This document shows positions 1 through 10,260 of a DNA stretch of 64,000 nucleotides, in pieces. The notes beneath the pieces are model-generated. The model had not been told where the DNA came from. It was given only the letters and a program-made list of their open reading frames with translations, and searched no databases. Every line of letters starts with the position of its first letter. Positions within the stretch are counted from its first letter, which is position 1. The translations under genes were made by a program, and so were the position numbers. This stretch comes from Candidatus Heimdallarchaeota archaeon (lineage in GTDB: Archaea; Asgardarchaeota; Heimdallarchaeia; Heimdallarchaeales; Heimdallarchaeaceae), in contig DAOVET010000001.1 of assembly GCA_030668825.1 (NCBI GenBank), positions 32,001 to 96,000 on the forward strand, read 5' to 3'.

Positions 1-978
1 TCCGCAGCTTTGTACTTTAGCATATTGATGATTCGCATATAGGGGATTGAGACAAACATTTGGGTGATTTTTTTCCAAAAATGCACTCGTTGTTTCCATT
101 TTTCATTGTAGCCAATAATCACTTCTTGGAGACCACGTTCTACCCACATGTTGACCAAAAAACTAGTCAACTTGTGAATGGAATCTTTGAGTTTTTTTCT
201 CCACTTCTCCCGTAAGTTATAGAAAGCAGGTCCATAATTCAATCTGTTTTTAACTTTCAGCTGTTGTTTTTGCTGTTGCACATATTGTTCTCGTAATTGT
301 GTCTGTTTTTTCAAGTAAAATTGCGTAATAGATTTTATTCCTTTCCCCTCGTCCTTGATAACAATCGGTTGACCTCCGAGGTTATCCACAAAGGTAGCGA
401 GGTTATACATCCCTAAATCGATAGCTCCTTTTCTCTTAGCTCGTTTACTGGGTTTAGGTAAGGTTTTAAGATACACTAGTTCTATTGTATATCCTACTCT
501 TCGGGGAACAATTCTCACTTCTCTCAATTTCATTCTAGCCGTTAATCTTGTCTTGTGGTAATACCCTACTTTCCTTGGAAGAACTAGCCACCCATTTTGT
601 ATTCTTGCTTGTTGGTTGGTAAAGATTGCTGCAACTTCCCCATCTTTAGCCTTATATCCTGGAGGATGTGGTATGGCAAAAAATGCAGCAGGTTTAATCT
701 TCCACTCTTTCATCGCTTGGAAATATCCTTTCCAGTTTCTACAGAGAAGTTTGAGTGTGTGTTGAGCGGTCTGAGCAGGGAGAAATTTGTAACATTCCTC
801 CTCTTTGAGGAGGGTGTTAAGATCGTAATAGTAAAGAAGCTTATTTTCTCTTTTTAGTGAGTTTTTAACCAAATAATTTGCTCGATGTATAGAGATTTTT
901 CACTTGATGGCAGAGTTTGCTTAACGCTTGATGATATTTTACTTCTATACATTCAATTCGTAAACCTTGTACCATCAT
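1..978 (-). pseudogene. tnpB: TnpB (IS200/IS605/IS607-type RNA-guided nuclease), frameshifted, runs off the window edge
   Basis: Not in the ORF track. Manual translation of the minus strand from ATG 978 gives MMVQGLRIECIEVKYHQALSKLCHQVKNLY, then one extra base near 887 (TAT-ACAT-CGA instead of TAT-AAT-CGA). The frame is then open to position 1: LPAQTAQHTLKLL, AIDLGMYNL (RuvC-I), IIGYNEKWKQ, MLKYKAA. Colinear with the ORF at 10148-11404. Confidence 0.9.
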
Positions 979-1080
979 TCTTTTGGCAAGCTTTTGCTAT
1001 AAAAACTCCAGTAATATTTGTTCTGAAGTGTCTTTCAAAGTGATTCTTTGTGCGCTTAATATGACAGTATGTTAAAAACA

Positions 1081-1088
1081 TTTTATAA
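1081..1088 (+). promoter_or_regulatory. Putative TATA box (TTTTATAA, A-rich BRE-like run upstream) for a leaderless lhr transcript
   Basis: AAAAACA-TTTTATAA lies about 30 bp before ATG 1117, typical archaeal spacing. Confidence 0.5.
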
Positions 1089-1116
1089 TGAAATAAATAT
1101 TGTAGAAATAATCAAA

Positions 1117-4100
1117 ATGACTCTCCATTACTTAGATGAACCTTCTTCCTCAGCTGATATTTATTCCTTCTTAGCTGATGAAATTAAAGATTGGTTTACA
1201 TCTAAGTTTCCTGGAGGGTTCACTCTTCCTCAGCTTTATGCTATACCTTCTATTCATAATAGAAAAAACACACTAGTATTCAGCTCTACAGGATCAGGTA
1301 AAACCTTTGCAGCTTTCCTTTCAGCAATAAATGAACTGTTTATAGAAGCAAAGGAAGGTAATCTAAAGGATGAGATTTATGTTTTATATATCTCTCCACT
1401 TAAAGCTCTTGGGAATGATATCAGAAAAAATCTCGAAGAGCCATTACAAGGAATCCAAGAGTTAGCAGCTTCAAATAATCTAGTAACACCTAAGATAAGA
1501 GTAGGTGTGAGAACTGGGGATACAACTCAAGCAGAAAGAACTAGAATGCTCAAAACCCCACCCCATATTCTAATAACTACTCCTGAAAGCTTAGGACTTA
1601 TACTAACATCTCCAAAGTTTTCATTGCACTTAAAGAGTATTCGTTGGTTGGTTCTGGATGAAATTCATGAAGTTAGTTCGAATAAAAGAGGAGTAATGCT
1701 TTCACTCTTTCTTTCTTATCTACAGCAAGAAGTTGCAGAAAGAGAAATCACTAGAATTGGCCTGTCTGCAACTCAAGCTCCCATAGAGGAGATTGCTAGA
1801 TTTTTAGTGGGAAGCAAAGATGGCTCTCAAGAAGAAGATTGCTATATAGCCAATCTCCCACCGCAGAGGAAACTAGACTTGGAAGTAAAAAGTCCAGTAA
1901 ATGATATGCTCCATACTCCTTACGTTATTATTCAAGAAGGAATATACGCTATCTTAGCTGATTTAATCTTAGATCACGAAACATCTATAGTTTTCACAAA
2001 CACACGAAGAGGGGCCGAGAATGTAGCGTTTCGATTAAAGGAATATCTTGGGGAAGAGTATGCTTCTTCAATTGCTGTTCATCACTCTAGCCTTTCTAGA
2101 GAAATCCGCTTAGATGTTGAAGATAGATTGAAGAATAATGAATTACTTGCAGCAATAACTTCAACCTCTCTTGAATTAGGTATAGACATAGGAAGTGTAG
2201 AACTTGTATCTCAAATTGGGTCACCAAAGACTGTTGCAAAGTATTTGCAGAGAGTTGGACGAAGTGGTCATTCCCTAGATAGAATAGCAAAGGGGCGACT
2301 AATTACAACTGATAGAGATGACGCAATTGAATGTGCAGTTCTTACCAAAAGTGCTTATAGCCGAGAGATAGATAAAGTTCAAATTCCTATCAACTGTTTA
2401 GATGTTCTTGCTCAATTTATTGTGGGCATATCTCTTATGAAGAGATGGGGTGTTGAAGAAGCATTTGACATGATAAGAAAATCATACAACTACAAGACTC
2501 TTGATTTTGATGATTATATTAACGTACTAGAATATCTGGGAGGGTACAATCTAGATGTAGAAGAGAGAAAAATCTATAGAAAAATATGGTATGATGATAA
2601 AGAAAAAGCATTTGGGAAGAAAAGAGGTTCTAGATTGGTTTTTTACACTAATATAGGAACCATCCCAGAAAATGCAGATTATCGAGTAGAATTAGAAACT
2701 TATAGAACAAGAATAGGTGTTCTTTCTGAAAGTTTCGTTGAACGATTGACACCAGGGGATATTTTCGTATTAGGTAGTCATACCTACCAGTTTAGAAGAA
2801 CAGTGGGTTCCAGAGTTGTTGTAGCTGAAGCTTTTGGAAGGAGACCCACTATACCTAATTGGGTTGGTGAAGAACTCCCTAGATCTTTTGAATTATCGCA
2901 ACAGATTGGGAGATTCATTGATGCTGTTTCAAAGAAAATACAGAAAGAAGATGAAAGTCAAGTAAGAGATTGGATTGAAAGATCATTTCAAGTAGACGAT
3001 ATTATTTCGAAATCAATTGTTGAATATGTTAAGGAACAGATGATGTTTCTCAATGTTACTCCGAGTGACAAAAAACTATTGATAGAATCTTATATTGATC
3101 CACAAGGTAGAATGGTTTTAGTTTTTCATGCCTATTATGGTAGGAGGGTAAATGATGCATTATCAAGGGCTTATGCGTATACTATAGGAAAAGCTATTGG
3201 TTCTGACATAGGATCAGCTGTTAATGATAACGGTTTCTTGTTAATGCTTCCTATAGACAAAATAATAGACACTTCCATTGTTCCTGAACTATTGTCTGCT
3301 GTAAATCTAGAAGAGATTCTTAAACAAGCGATAATTAACACAGAATTGTTTGTTAACAGATTCCGTCATGTAGCAAATAGAGCATTTATGGTTCTAAGAA
3401 GAAGTGGTGAAAAACATATTTCTGTATCTAGACAAAGCATGTATGCTAAAAGAATATTCTCAACGCTTCGGGACCAGGACAGTTTTTGTGTAATAAAGGA
3501 AACTTATCGGGAGATATTAAAAGATTACATGGATCTGGTAAATTGTTTAATAGTTTTATCAAAATTGCAAAAAGGTGAATTTGAGTATCACATCACTCCC
3601 TTGTCAGATATCCCTAGTCCATTTGCTCATGGAATAGTTCTAATGGGTATTTCAGATATAGTCCAGATTTCAGATAGAAGTGCTTTATTAAGAGAGCTAC
3701 ATCAACAGGTTCTGGCGAAAGTTTTTGGTAAGGAAGGATCTAAAGAAATATTATTTAACACTGAATTAGTTGAGAGGATTTTCAATAATCGAAGCTATAA
3801 GAACACTGATCTCCCCATTTCTTCTCTCAAGCAATTGAAGAGCGCTGTAAAAGCTTTAGCACCAATTAAAACAACAGATAGTGTGAATCCAAGCATCTAT
3901 CATCACAGTATTAATGATGCAAAACAGATAAGAGCATGGTCTTTGGCTTTACACAATAATCGGGAATTAATAGAAGTTCATATTGCTAAAGGAGATAGAA
4001 GATCTATACCGATTACAGATTTTCAGTTATTTTGGAATCTTTATCTTAAATCAATTGAGAAAACTGAATTTGATGAGAAAATTCTGAAACTAATTAATGA

Positions 4101-6843
4101 TATTCATCCTATTTCTCTTAACAAAATCGCAGAAGAACTTAAGGAAGAAACAAGAACTGTTCAGATACATCTAGAAAAATTAGAAAGAGCTATGTTAATA
4201 GCTCGTGTTGAATATGAGCTATATGGTGGGAGAATTCGATCAAAATATGCACCAATAAGTGAAGTTGTTCCAGAACCTCTACTTAGAGAAGCAAAAAAGC
4301 TTGATCCTGAAGAATGTTTAAAGAAGATTATCCTTCGTTTCTTAAAGGTACATGGACCTTCTACTATACATCAAATAGCCGATTATTTGAGAATCGAAGA
4401 GGAGAAACTTGTACGAGCTTTGGCTGAACTTGAACAGAAAAATCGAGTACTAAAAGGAAGAATTACTGAATCGTCCACTGACCTTCAATATATTCGTTTA
4501 GAAGATAGAGAATTACTTCGGAATCTCAGTAATCGAAAACCAGATTCGATAATATTAACACCTGAAGATTTAAACTATATGCATTATAATTTCGCAGTTG
4601 AGAGCATATTTGATGAGAATTTACAGGGAAAAGAGAGTGTTCTTAATCTCCTGAATCGCTTTGGCTCAATTGAGGATTTAAGTTCATTATCTGTTAGAAT
4701 AAATGACTTTGATCTTGATTGGATAAGAGATTTAATTGAAAAAAATGAACTTATCAAGGGAAGATTCAGTCACAAGAGATTATCTTTTGTAAGCAGAGAA
4801 ATGTTTCCATACTATTATGTTGCTTATAGAGAACCATTTAATCTCTCTAGAGCTGACGAAAAAATACTCTCAACAATAAGAAAGTATGGACCACTAACAA
4901 AGAGAGAAATTATAGAATTTACGGAAATGGATGGAGATATAATTCAAGAAAGCTTGACGATACTTGATAAAACACTGTATTTAGTTCGAAAATCAGTATC
5001 TCAAGAGTCTTTTATTCCTAAACAATTTGTTCCTAATGTTTATGAAATATCTGAACGATATTTTGCTGTAGATAAACTTCCTTCATTTGAAAAGAGTCAA
5101 GAGTTTATTCTTTTGCAAGCTATTGAATCTCTAGGCCCTGTATCTTTGGTAGAGTTAACCCATCTAATTGGCTTCAGATATAGTAATATCGAGAAATTGA
5201 TTAAGATTCTGTTAAGCAAAAAGAAAATTATTGAGAGAAAACTAACTGAAAGAGAAACTAATTACTATATGACACCTGAGAGATTCAAAGATATTGGTCA
5301 GATAAAAGACAATCTGATAAACATGGCATTGAAGGAGGATGAAAGAATAGTAATACTTCCTAAAAATGATCCCTTCACTAGATTAGGGATGCGCTTACAT
5401 TTACGTGATATTTATGGGGAAGGACAAATTGATCCCATTTTACTAGATGGTGAGATGGTAGGATCAGTTGAATATAAACTTCATAGAGGACAATATTTAC
5501 AGATTTATGACTTAAAACTAAAAGATGAAGTAGCTTTTCATTCAATCACACTTCAGAAAATTGCATCCGAGTTAGTTTCCTATACCAGAAAGATTCATAG
5601 AGTCTTGAGTCTTCAGATAGAAGATATTAACGGGAAATCAGTTCTCTCTAAAAGCAACAATTTCATAAAAACAACTTTGGTAAAAACGGGTTTCAAACTA
5701 ATAAAAGATACTTTAGTAGGTGGAGATACGGTAACCAAAGTATTTCCAGAGAGAGTCATAAATAAGTACATTATGGAGTCTTTGTGGTTAAAGAAAAAAA
5801 CACCTTCCTTAACTGTAGAAATACTTCTACAGATGATCAACCACTTCAGTTTTATCAGCATAAGAGAGATTCTTTCAAGATTCCCCGAAAATATGTCCTC
5901 AATTATAGTCTATCTTCTGAATAATCTTCTTGAAGACAAAGAAGTTATTTGTCAAGGAAATGTATTCCTATCACTAGATTTTGCTCTCTATAAGAAGAGT
6001 GGTTTAAGAAGAAGAAAAAGAATGAATACTGAAATTGAGGAAACCTATAGGAATATTCAGAAAGGAAGTACTAATCAGGTAGAGTTATCCAAAAAATGGA
6101 AAGGGGCCACTTCATCATTAAAATCTGCTTTAAGTACTCTTGAAGAAAATATGAAAATTGGAGTAAGATCATTAAACAATCTATTTGAACCTCAGGACTA
6201 TTGGGATATAGAACCCTTCTTAGTTGAACTGAAAAAAGATATTGCTGAGATAAGGAAAGAATATATTTTTGATATTTTATGTGGTTTAGGTGTTGCTACA
6301 GAAGATCATATTGCTGAAAGAGGAGTTATTCCAGGAGTTTTAACCAAGATAAGAATCAAGGAAGTTCTAGCAGCTCTAATTGATGAAGATAAAATTTATG
6401 GTGGTAGATTTGTTGAAAATGATTTACAATTTTATTATATATCAACAGAAGATTATAACAAACTTCTCAAACTAGAAAAGAAAGAAGAATCTAAAGTTGA
6501 TTATTCTCCCAAAGAAGTTAGAGAAAGATATTACTTGTTATATCCAAAAGATTTAGCTATTAACATTCTCAGAAATCAATTACCTGCGCATTTTGATGTT
6601 TCAACAAATAATTACATGGTCGTTTTAAACCAGAAAGTAGCTGCACAATGCTATACTGAACAACTAAATCAGAGAACACTTGCGATCAAGAATCTTCTAC
6701 TTGCACCTTGGATACATTCTGAGAGTTCATTGAACTATGTAGTAAATGCTATTGAAGACATTCCCTCTTTCGATAATCTTGAAATCAAATCCTTAGTTGT
6801 TGAAAAGATAAATGGGATTCCAGCAAAAACATTGGTGAAATAA
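1117..6843 (+). CDS. lhr: Very long Lhr-family SF2 helicase with a C-terminal extension of winged-helix/AlkZ(HTH_42)-like repeats
   Basis: STGSGKT, YISPLKALGND, RTGDT, ITTPESL, DEIH, IGLSAT, LELGIDIG, QRVGRSGH, plus the DEAD-associated domain ending PSPFAHGI. About 1000 extra aa follow with repeated GPxT wHTH motifs. Likely start is ATG 1117 (ORF track starts at 1069). Confidence 0.92.
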   Translation: MTLHYLDEPSSSADIYSFLADEIKDWFTSKFPGGFTLPQLYAIPSIHNRKNTLVFSSTGSGKTFAAFLSAINELFIEAKEGNLKDEIYVLYISPLKALGNDIRKNLEEPLQGIQELAASNNLVTPKIRVGVRTGDTTQAERTRMLKTPPHILITTPESLGLILTSPKFSLHLKSIRWLVLDEIHEVSSNKRGVMLSLFLSYLQQEVAEREITRIGLSATQAPIEEIARFLVGSKDGSQEEDCYIANLPPQRKLDLEVKSPVNDMLHTPYVIIQEGIYAILADLILDHETSIVFTNTRRGAENVAFRLKEYLGEEYASSIAVHHSSLSREIRLDVEDRLKNNELLAAITSTSLELGIDIGSVELVSQIGSPKTVAKYLQRVGRSGHSLDRIAKGRLITTDRDDAIECAVLTKSAYSREIDKVQIPINCLDVLAQFIVGISLMKRWGVEEAFDMIRKSYNYKTLDFDDYINVLEYLGGYNLDVEERKIYRKIWYDDKEKAFGKKRGSRLVFYTNIGTIPENADYRVELETYRTRIGVLSESFVERLTPGDIFVLGSHTYQFRRTVGSRVVVAEAFGRRPTIPNWVGEELPRSFELSQQIGRFIDAVSKKIQKEDESQVRDWIERSFQVDDIISKSIVEYVKEQMMFLNVTPSDKKLLIESYIDPQGRMVLVFHAYYGRRVNDALSRAYAYTIGKAIGSDIGSAVNDNGFLLMLPIDKIIDTSIVPELLSAVNLEEILKQAIINTELFVNRFRHVANRAFMVLRRSGEKHISVSRQSMYAKRIFSTLRDQDSFCVIKETYREILKDYMDLVNCLIVLSKLQKGEFEYHITPLSDIPSPFAHGIVLMGISDIVQISDRSALLRELHQQVLAKVFGKEGSKEILFNTELVERIFNNRSYKNTDLPISSLKQLKSAVKALAPIKTTDSVNPSIYHHSINDAKQIRAWSLALHNNRELIEVHIAKGDRRSIPITDFQLFWNLYLKSIEKTEFDEKILKLINDIHPISLNKIAEELKEETRTVQIHLEKLERAMLIARVEYELYGGRIRSKYAPISEVVPEPLLREAKKLDPEECLKKIILRFLKVHGPSTIHQIADYLRIEEEKLVRALAELEQKNRVLKGRITESSTDLQYIRLEDRELLRNLSNRKPDSIILTPEDLNYMHYNFAVESIFDENLQGKESVLNLLNRFGSIEDLSSLSVRINDFDLDWIRDLIEKNELIKGRFSHKRLSFVSREMFPYYYVAYREPFNLSRADEKILSTIRKYGPLTKREIIEFTEMDGDIIQESLTILDKTLYLVRKSVSQESFIPKQFVPNVYEISERYFAVDKLPSFEKSQEFILLQAIESLGPVSLVELTHLIGFRYSNIEKLIKILLSKKKIIERKLTERETNYYMTPERFKDIGQIKDNLINMALKEDERIVILPKNDPFTRLGMRLHLRDIYGEGQIDPILLDGEMVGSVEYKLHRGQYLQIYDLKLKDEVAFHSITLQKIASELVSYTRKIHRVLSLQIEDINGKSVLSKSNNFIKTTLVKTGFKLIKDTLVGGDTVTKVFPERVINKYIMESLWLKKKTPSLTVEILLQMINHFSFISIREILSRFPENMSSIIVYLLNNLLEDKEVICQGNVFLSLDFALYKKSGLRRRKRMNTEIEETYRNIQKGSTNQVELSKKWKGATSSLKSALSTLEENMKIGVRSLNNLFEPQDYWDIEPFLVELKKDIAEIRKEYIFDILCGLGVATEDHIAERGVIPGVLTKIRIKEVLAALIDEDKIYGGRFVENDLQFYYISTEDYNKLLKLEKKEESKVDYSPKEVRERYYLLYPKDLAINILRNQLPAHFDVSTNNYMVVLNQKVAAQCYTEQLNQRTLAIKNLLLAPWIHSESSLNYVVNAIEDIPSFDNLEIKSLVVEKINGIPAKTLVK

Positions 6844-9189
6844 ATGACAATTAGTGAAGTATCCTTATCCCTTGAACAACTAGCTCAGTATCTTGCAGAG
6901 AAACAAAATCTCGATAAAGAATTCAAAGGTGTCAACTATAGTCATGCAATATCCATAATAAATAACATAGTTATTTTTCAAGATTCTGAATCGCTTTTTG
7001 TAAGAATGAGAACCTATTCTTCTAATCTTCTTCAATCGCTTGTAAGGAACAAGCACTTGGTTCATGCTCCTTTCAAAGAGAACAAGCTCTCATATGTTGG
7101 TAGAGACAATCTATCGGCCTTTCATAAAATTTCTATAAAAGAAAATATTGAGTACAAGAAACCGCAAGCCAAAGCTGTTCTTGACTATATTAGAGGAGAG
7201 GATTCTTCTACTCGCTTTAAGATAATGGAACACTTTGATTTAACAAAGGATGCAGTGATGGAAATCCTTTCTGAGCTTAGAAATAATTTTCAAATCTTCA
7301 TGTTTTACGATGGAACAAGCTGGTCTATTTTCAGTACAAAATTATTGATGGAGGATCATTCAAAAAGCAAAACATCTGCGATTTCAGATTTAATTTATAA
7401 TGTTATCAAAAGCTATGGACCAATAACAGTTCCTCAGATTATACGAATTCTTAACATGACTGGAGGGAGGATAAGCACAAGTATAATTGAACTATTTGAA
7501 AATAAAAAAATTGTAAGAGGAAACTTCATAGAAAACTCAAGCTATGAAGCTTTTCTAACTACTAATGAATTGGATTATTTGAGAAAATATCTAGAAGCAT
7601 ACACTCCTCAAGTAACTCATCAGATTGTGATACTTCCAAACAACGATCCTCTTTCAGAATATTGGGCCTCTGCTGATTTCTTGAACATAGATGAAATAAA
7701 AAGTGAAATTGTATTTATTGATGGTAAACCCGTCTGTTCCTTTGACTATAAAATTATGGGAGATAAATTACATGTTTCTAATTTTATACGGTCAGTGGAC
7801 TATATTGTTTTGGAAAAGGAAATCAGAGATAAGATTCAGGAGTTTACTGAAAATAAAGGAAAAATTCTTGTCTTTCCAGAATTACACTCAGAAGTTATCG
7901 AAAATCAATCAAAAGTTTTTGCCAATATTCTTTCTCAGCGAGGGTATAGATCTCGATCCTCTGGATTAGTTTATTCAATAACAGGAAAGAAAGCACTAGT
8001 TGGTGATAAAAATCTATTTCCAACAGAAGATATTTTTCCTCTTCTGCTGAGTAAGCAATATCTTAGTAGCAAAACTCAATTCACAACTAAAACTGAAATT
8101 TTAAAGGGATTGGGATCACTGGGGATTCCTCTCCCTATGACTTCTGTTCTAATTAGAACAAGTTCTGGAAAAGAATATTATATAGATGAACTGGTAAAAG
8201 ATAAGCAACTTGCTCTTGGTAAATTTGGGTCATTTACTCGCGGTTCAGTTGTATCAAAAGATTACTCTGTCTTTGCAAAACTTAGTCCTTCTAGATATCA
8301 CGGAGTATTAGAAGAAAGAATTCTCAATCTAATCAAAAAGAAAGAAAGAATTAATTTTTCTCAGTTAAAATCCTCACTAAATCTGTCCAATCGAGTCCTT
8401 CTATCATCTATTCAGAAATTAGAAAATTCTCATGAAATAGTTCAATTAAGGTCTGTTTCTAATCAGATTATCTGGATGCCAGTGTCTAAATTTCTCAGTG
8501 GTATTCAACCCAAAAAATATGAAACTCAAAGAGAATCGTGGTTAGATGTTATTTATAGAATTTTATCATCAAATTTACCATTGACAATTGATCAATTAGC
8601 TAATCTAACAGGTTTATCTAATACTCAGATTGAAGTTAATATCAAGGAATTAATAGCTTCGAAAGGTGTTAGATCTGGAAGATTTATGGAAGATGAGGAA
8701 AATGTCCAATTCACAACAAAAGAGGTTGAAAGCTTAATATCTGGATATATCTACCAGAAGGACGATAATTTGATCCAAGAAGACAGTGTAGAGTTAATTT
8801 ACCTTCCTCGAAATGACCCTATGTTAATAGTTTATAGAAATTATCTTCTGAAACGATTTAAACTTCGTTCTCTATACTCTCGTTCTGTTCCTTCTGATTA
8901 TGGTGAAATAATCCTCAAAAATGGGGAACCCATTGCTCTGCTACATTTCAAAAAGGTAGAAAAAATAGATTTTATTAACAACATTGAGATTTTACCCGAA
9001 TTCAATGATACCCATACATTAATGTTCATTTTCAGTGCAATTCAGGAATTCTTCAATAAAACAAAAGAAGAAGGGAAAAGAATAATCCGAATCAAACAAA
9101 TCAACAGTATCCCGCTTTCTTCCAACGAGGGAGAAGACTATGCCAAGCTGTTGGACGATATGCAAATAGATTACCAAATTCTGTCTTAA
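6844..9189 (+). CDS. Tandem winged-helix protein with two AlkZ/YcaQ(HTH_42)-like units, resembling the Lhr C-terminal extension
   Basis: Starts LSLEQLAQYLAEKQNL; second unit starts FPTEDIFPLLLSKQYL; each unit has LPxNDP followed by a beta-rich end (FIDGKPV, LKNGEPI). Abuts lhr (TAA-ATG). Confidence 0.65.
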   Translation: MTISEVSLSLEQLAQYLAEKQNLDKEFKGVNYSHAISIINNIVIFQDSESLFVRMRTYSSNLLQSLVRNKHLVHAPFKENKLSYVGRDNLSAFHKISIKENIEYKKPQAKAVLDYIRGEDSSTRFKIMEHFDLTKDAVMEILSELRNNFQIFMFYDGTSWSIFSTKLLMEDHSKSKTSAISDLIYNVIKSYGPITVPQIIRILNMTGGRISTSIIELFENKKIVRGNFIENSSYEAFLTTNELDYLRKYLEAYTPQVTHQIVILPNNDPLSEYWASADFLNIDEIKSEIVFIDGKPVCSFDYKIMGDKLHVSNFIRSVDYIVLEKEIRDKIQEFTENKGKILVFPELHSEVIENQSKVFANILSQRGYRSRSSGLVYSITGKKALVGDKNLFPTEDIFPLLLSKQYLSSKTQFTTKTEILKGLGSLGIPLPMTSVLIRTSSGKEYYIDELVKDKQLALGKFGSFTRGSVVSKDYSVFAKLSPSRYHGVLEERILNLIKKKERINFSQLKSSLNLSNRVLLSSIQKLENSHEIVQLRSVSNQIIWMPVSKFLSGIQPKKYETQRESWLDVIYRILSSNLPLTIDQLANLTGLSNTQIEVNIKELIASKGVRSGRFMEDEENVQFTTKEVESLISGYIYQKDDNLIQEDSVELIYLPRNDPMLIVYRNYLLKRFKLRSLYSRSVPSDYGEIILKNGEPIALLHFKKVEKIDFINNIEILPEFNDTHTLMFIFSAIQEFFNKTKEEGKRIIRIKQINSIPLSSNEGEDYAKLLDDMQIDYQILS

Positions 9190-9229
9190 ACGGGGATAAC
9201 TTTTTATTTCAAAATCCTATCTAAGCATA

Positions 9230-10093
9230 ATGATACGTAGAGCAGTTTATGCAGGTTCATTTTATAAAAGCAATCCAGATACCCTGGTTAAATCAGTTGA
9301 AGCCTGTTTTATGGATTCCTTGGGACCAGGAAAACTTCCTAAAGGAATTGCAGAATCAGAAGAAACCTCACCTTTCTTTCTTGTTCCACATGCTGGTCAT
9401 ATGTATAGTGGTCCAGTTGCAGCTTCAAGCTTTCTGGAGATGTGTAAATATAAGAAACCTGATACAATTGTAATCTTAGGACCTAATCATACAGGTATGG
9501 GTTCTGACATTGCTGTTCCAGATAAAGCAGAAGGATGGGAAACTCCACTAGGAACAATGAAAATAAATCAGGAATTTGTAGATAAATTAATTGACATTTG
9601 CAGTTTAGTCAAAAAAAATGATTCATCTCATGATGGAGAACATTCTATTGAGGTTCAATTACCTTTTATTCAATATCTATATGATGACCCACCAGCTCTT
9701 GTTCCAATTGCAATGTTGAACCAAGGTTATGACTCGAGTATGCTACTTGGGGAAACTATTGGAAAGATAATTAATGATGAAAATATAATCGTAATAGCTA
9801 GTAGTGATTTTACTCATTTTGAAAGCCATGATTCAGCTAAGGAGAAAGACGCGCGTGTGCTTAAAGCAATTGAAAACATGGACCCTAAAACCATGTATAA
9901 AATAAAGTATCAAGATGGTGTTTCAATGTGTGGAATTGGCCCAATAGCAGCTACTATTGAAGCAGCTAAACAAACTGGTAGGGAAAAGTGCAAACTACTT
10001 AATTATGCTACATCTGGAGACGTTTCTGGAGATAGGAGTCAAGTAGTGGGATATGGGTCAGCTGTTTTCTATAAAAATGAGTTAATTATCTAG
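9230..10093 (+). CDS. MEMO1 family protein (AmmeMemoRadiSam system protein B)
   Basis: AGSFY, VPHAGHMYSG, LGPNHTG, EHSIEVQLPF, ASSDFTH, SMCGIGP, YATSGD, VVGY motifs. Confidence 0.93.
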   Translation: MIRRAVYAGSFYKSNPDTLVKSVEACFMDSLGPGKLPKGIAESEETSPFFLVPHAGHMYSGPVAASSFLEMCKYKKPDTIVILGPNHTGMGSDIAVPDKAEGWETPLGTMKINQEFVDKLIDICSLVKKNDSSHDGEHSIEVQLPFIQYLYDDPPALVPIAMLNQGYDSSMLLGETIGKIINDENIIVIASSDFTHFESHDSAKEKDARVLKAIENMDPKTMYKIKYQDGVSMCGIGPIAATIEAAKQTGREKCKLLNYATSGDVSGDRSQVVGYGSAVFYKNELII

Positions 10094-10260
10094 ATGTCTC
10101 CATGATTAGATTTTTCCGCTTTACCGTTAAATCTTTTCCTTAGATTGTCATTGCTCAAAGCTCCATCTAAGTGGATAAATCACATATCCTCCTACCCCGC
10201 CCACACTTCTATGTGGAAGTGCTTGCGGATTGCCTTTCATTAGGATATTATATGCTCCAT
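10081..10260 (-). ncRNA. Candidate omega-RNA scaffold overlapping the tnpB 3' end
   Basis: Minus-strand hairpins CACTTC-cacata-GAAGTG, GGATA-tgtgatt-TATCC and AGATTT...AAATCT, plus a long-range TAGATG...CATCTA pairing, at the position where TnpB omega-RNAs are encoded. Boundaries uncertain. Confidence 0.5.
10095..10103. repeat. 9-bp direct repeat TGTCTCCAT, copy 1 (copy 2 at 11474-11482)
   Basis: Identical 9-mer on both sides of the tnpB gene. Confidence 0.6.

Noticed and set aside
597-857. 86-aa plus-strand ORF
   Set aside because: Antisense shadow of the frameshifted tnpB.
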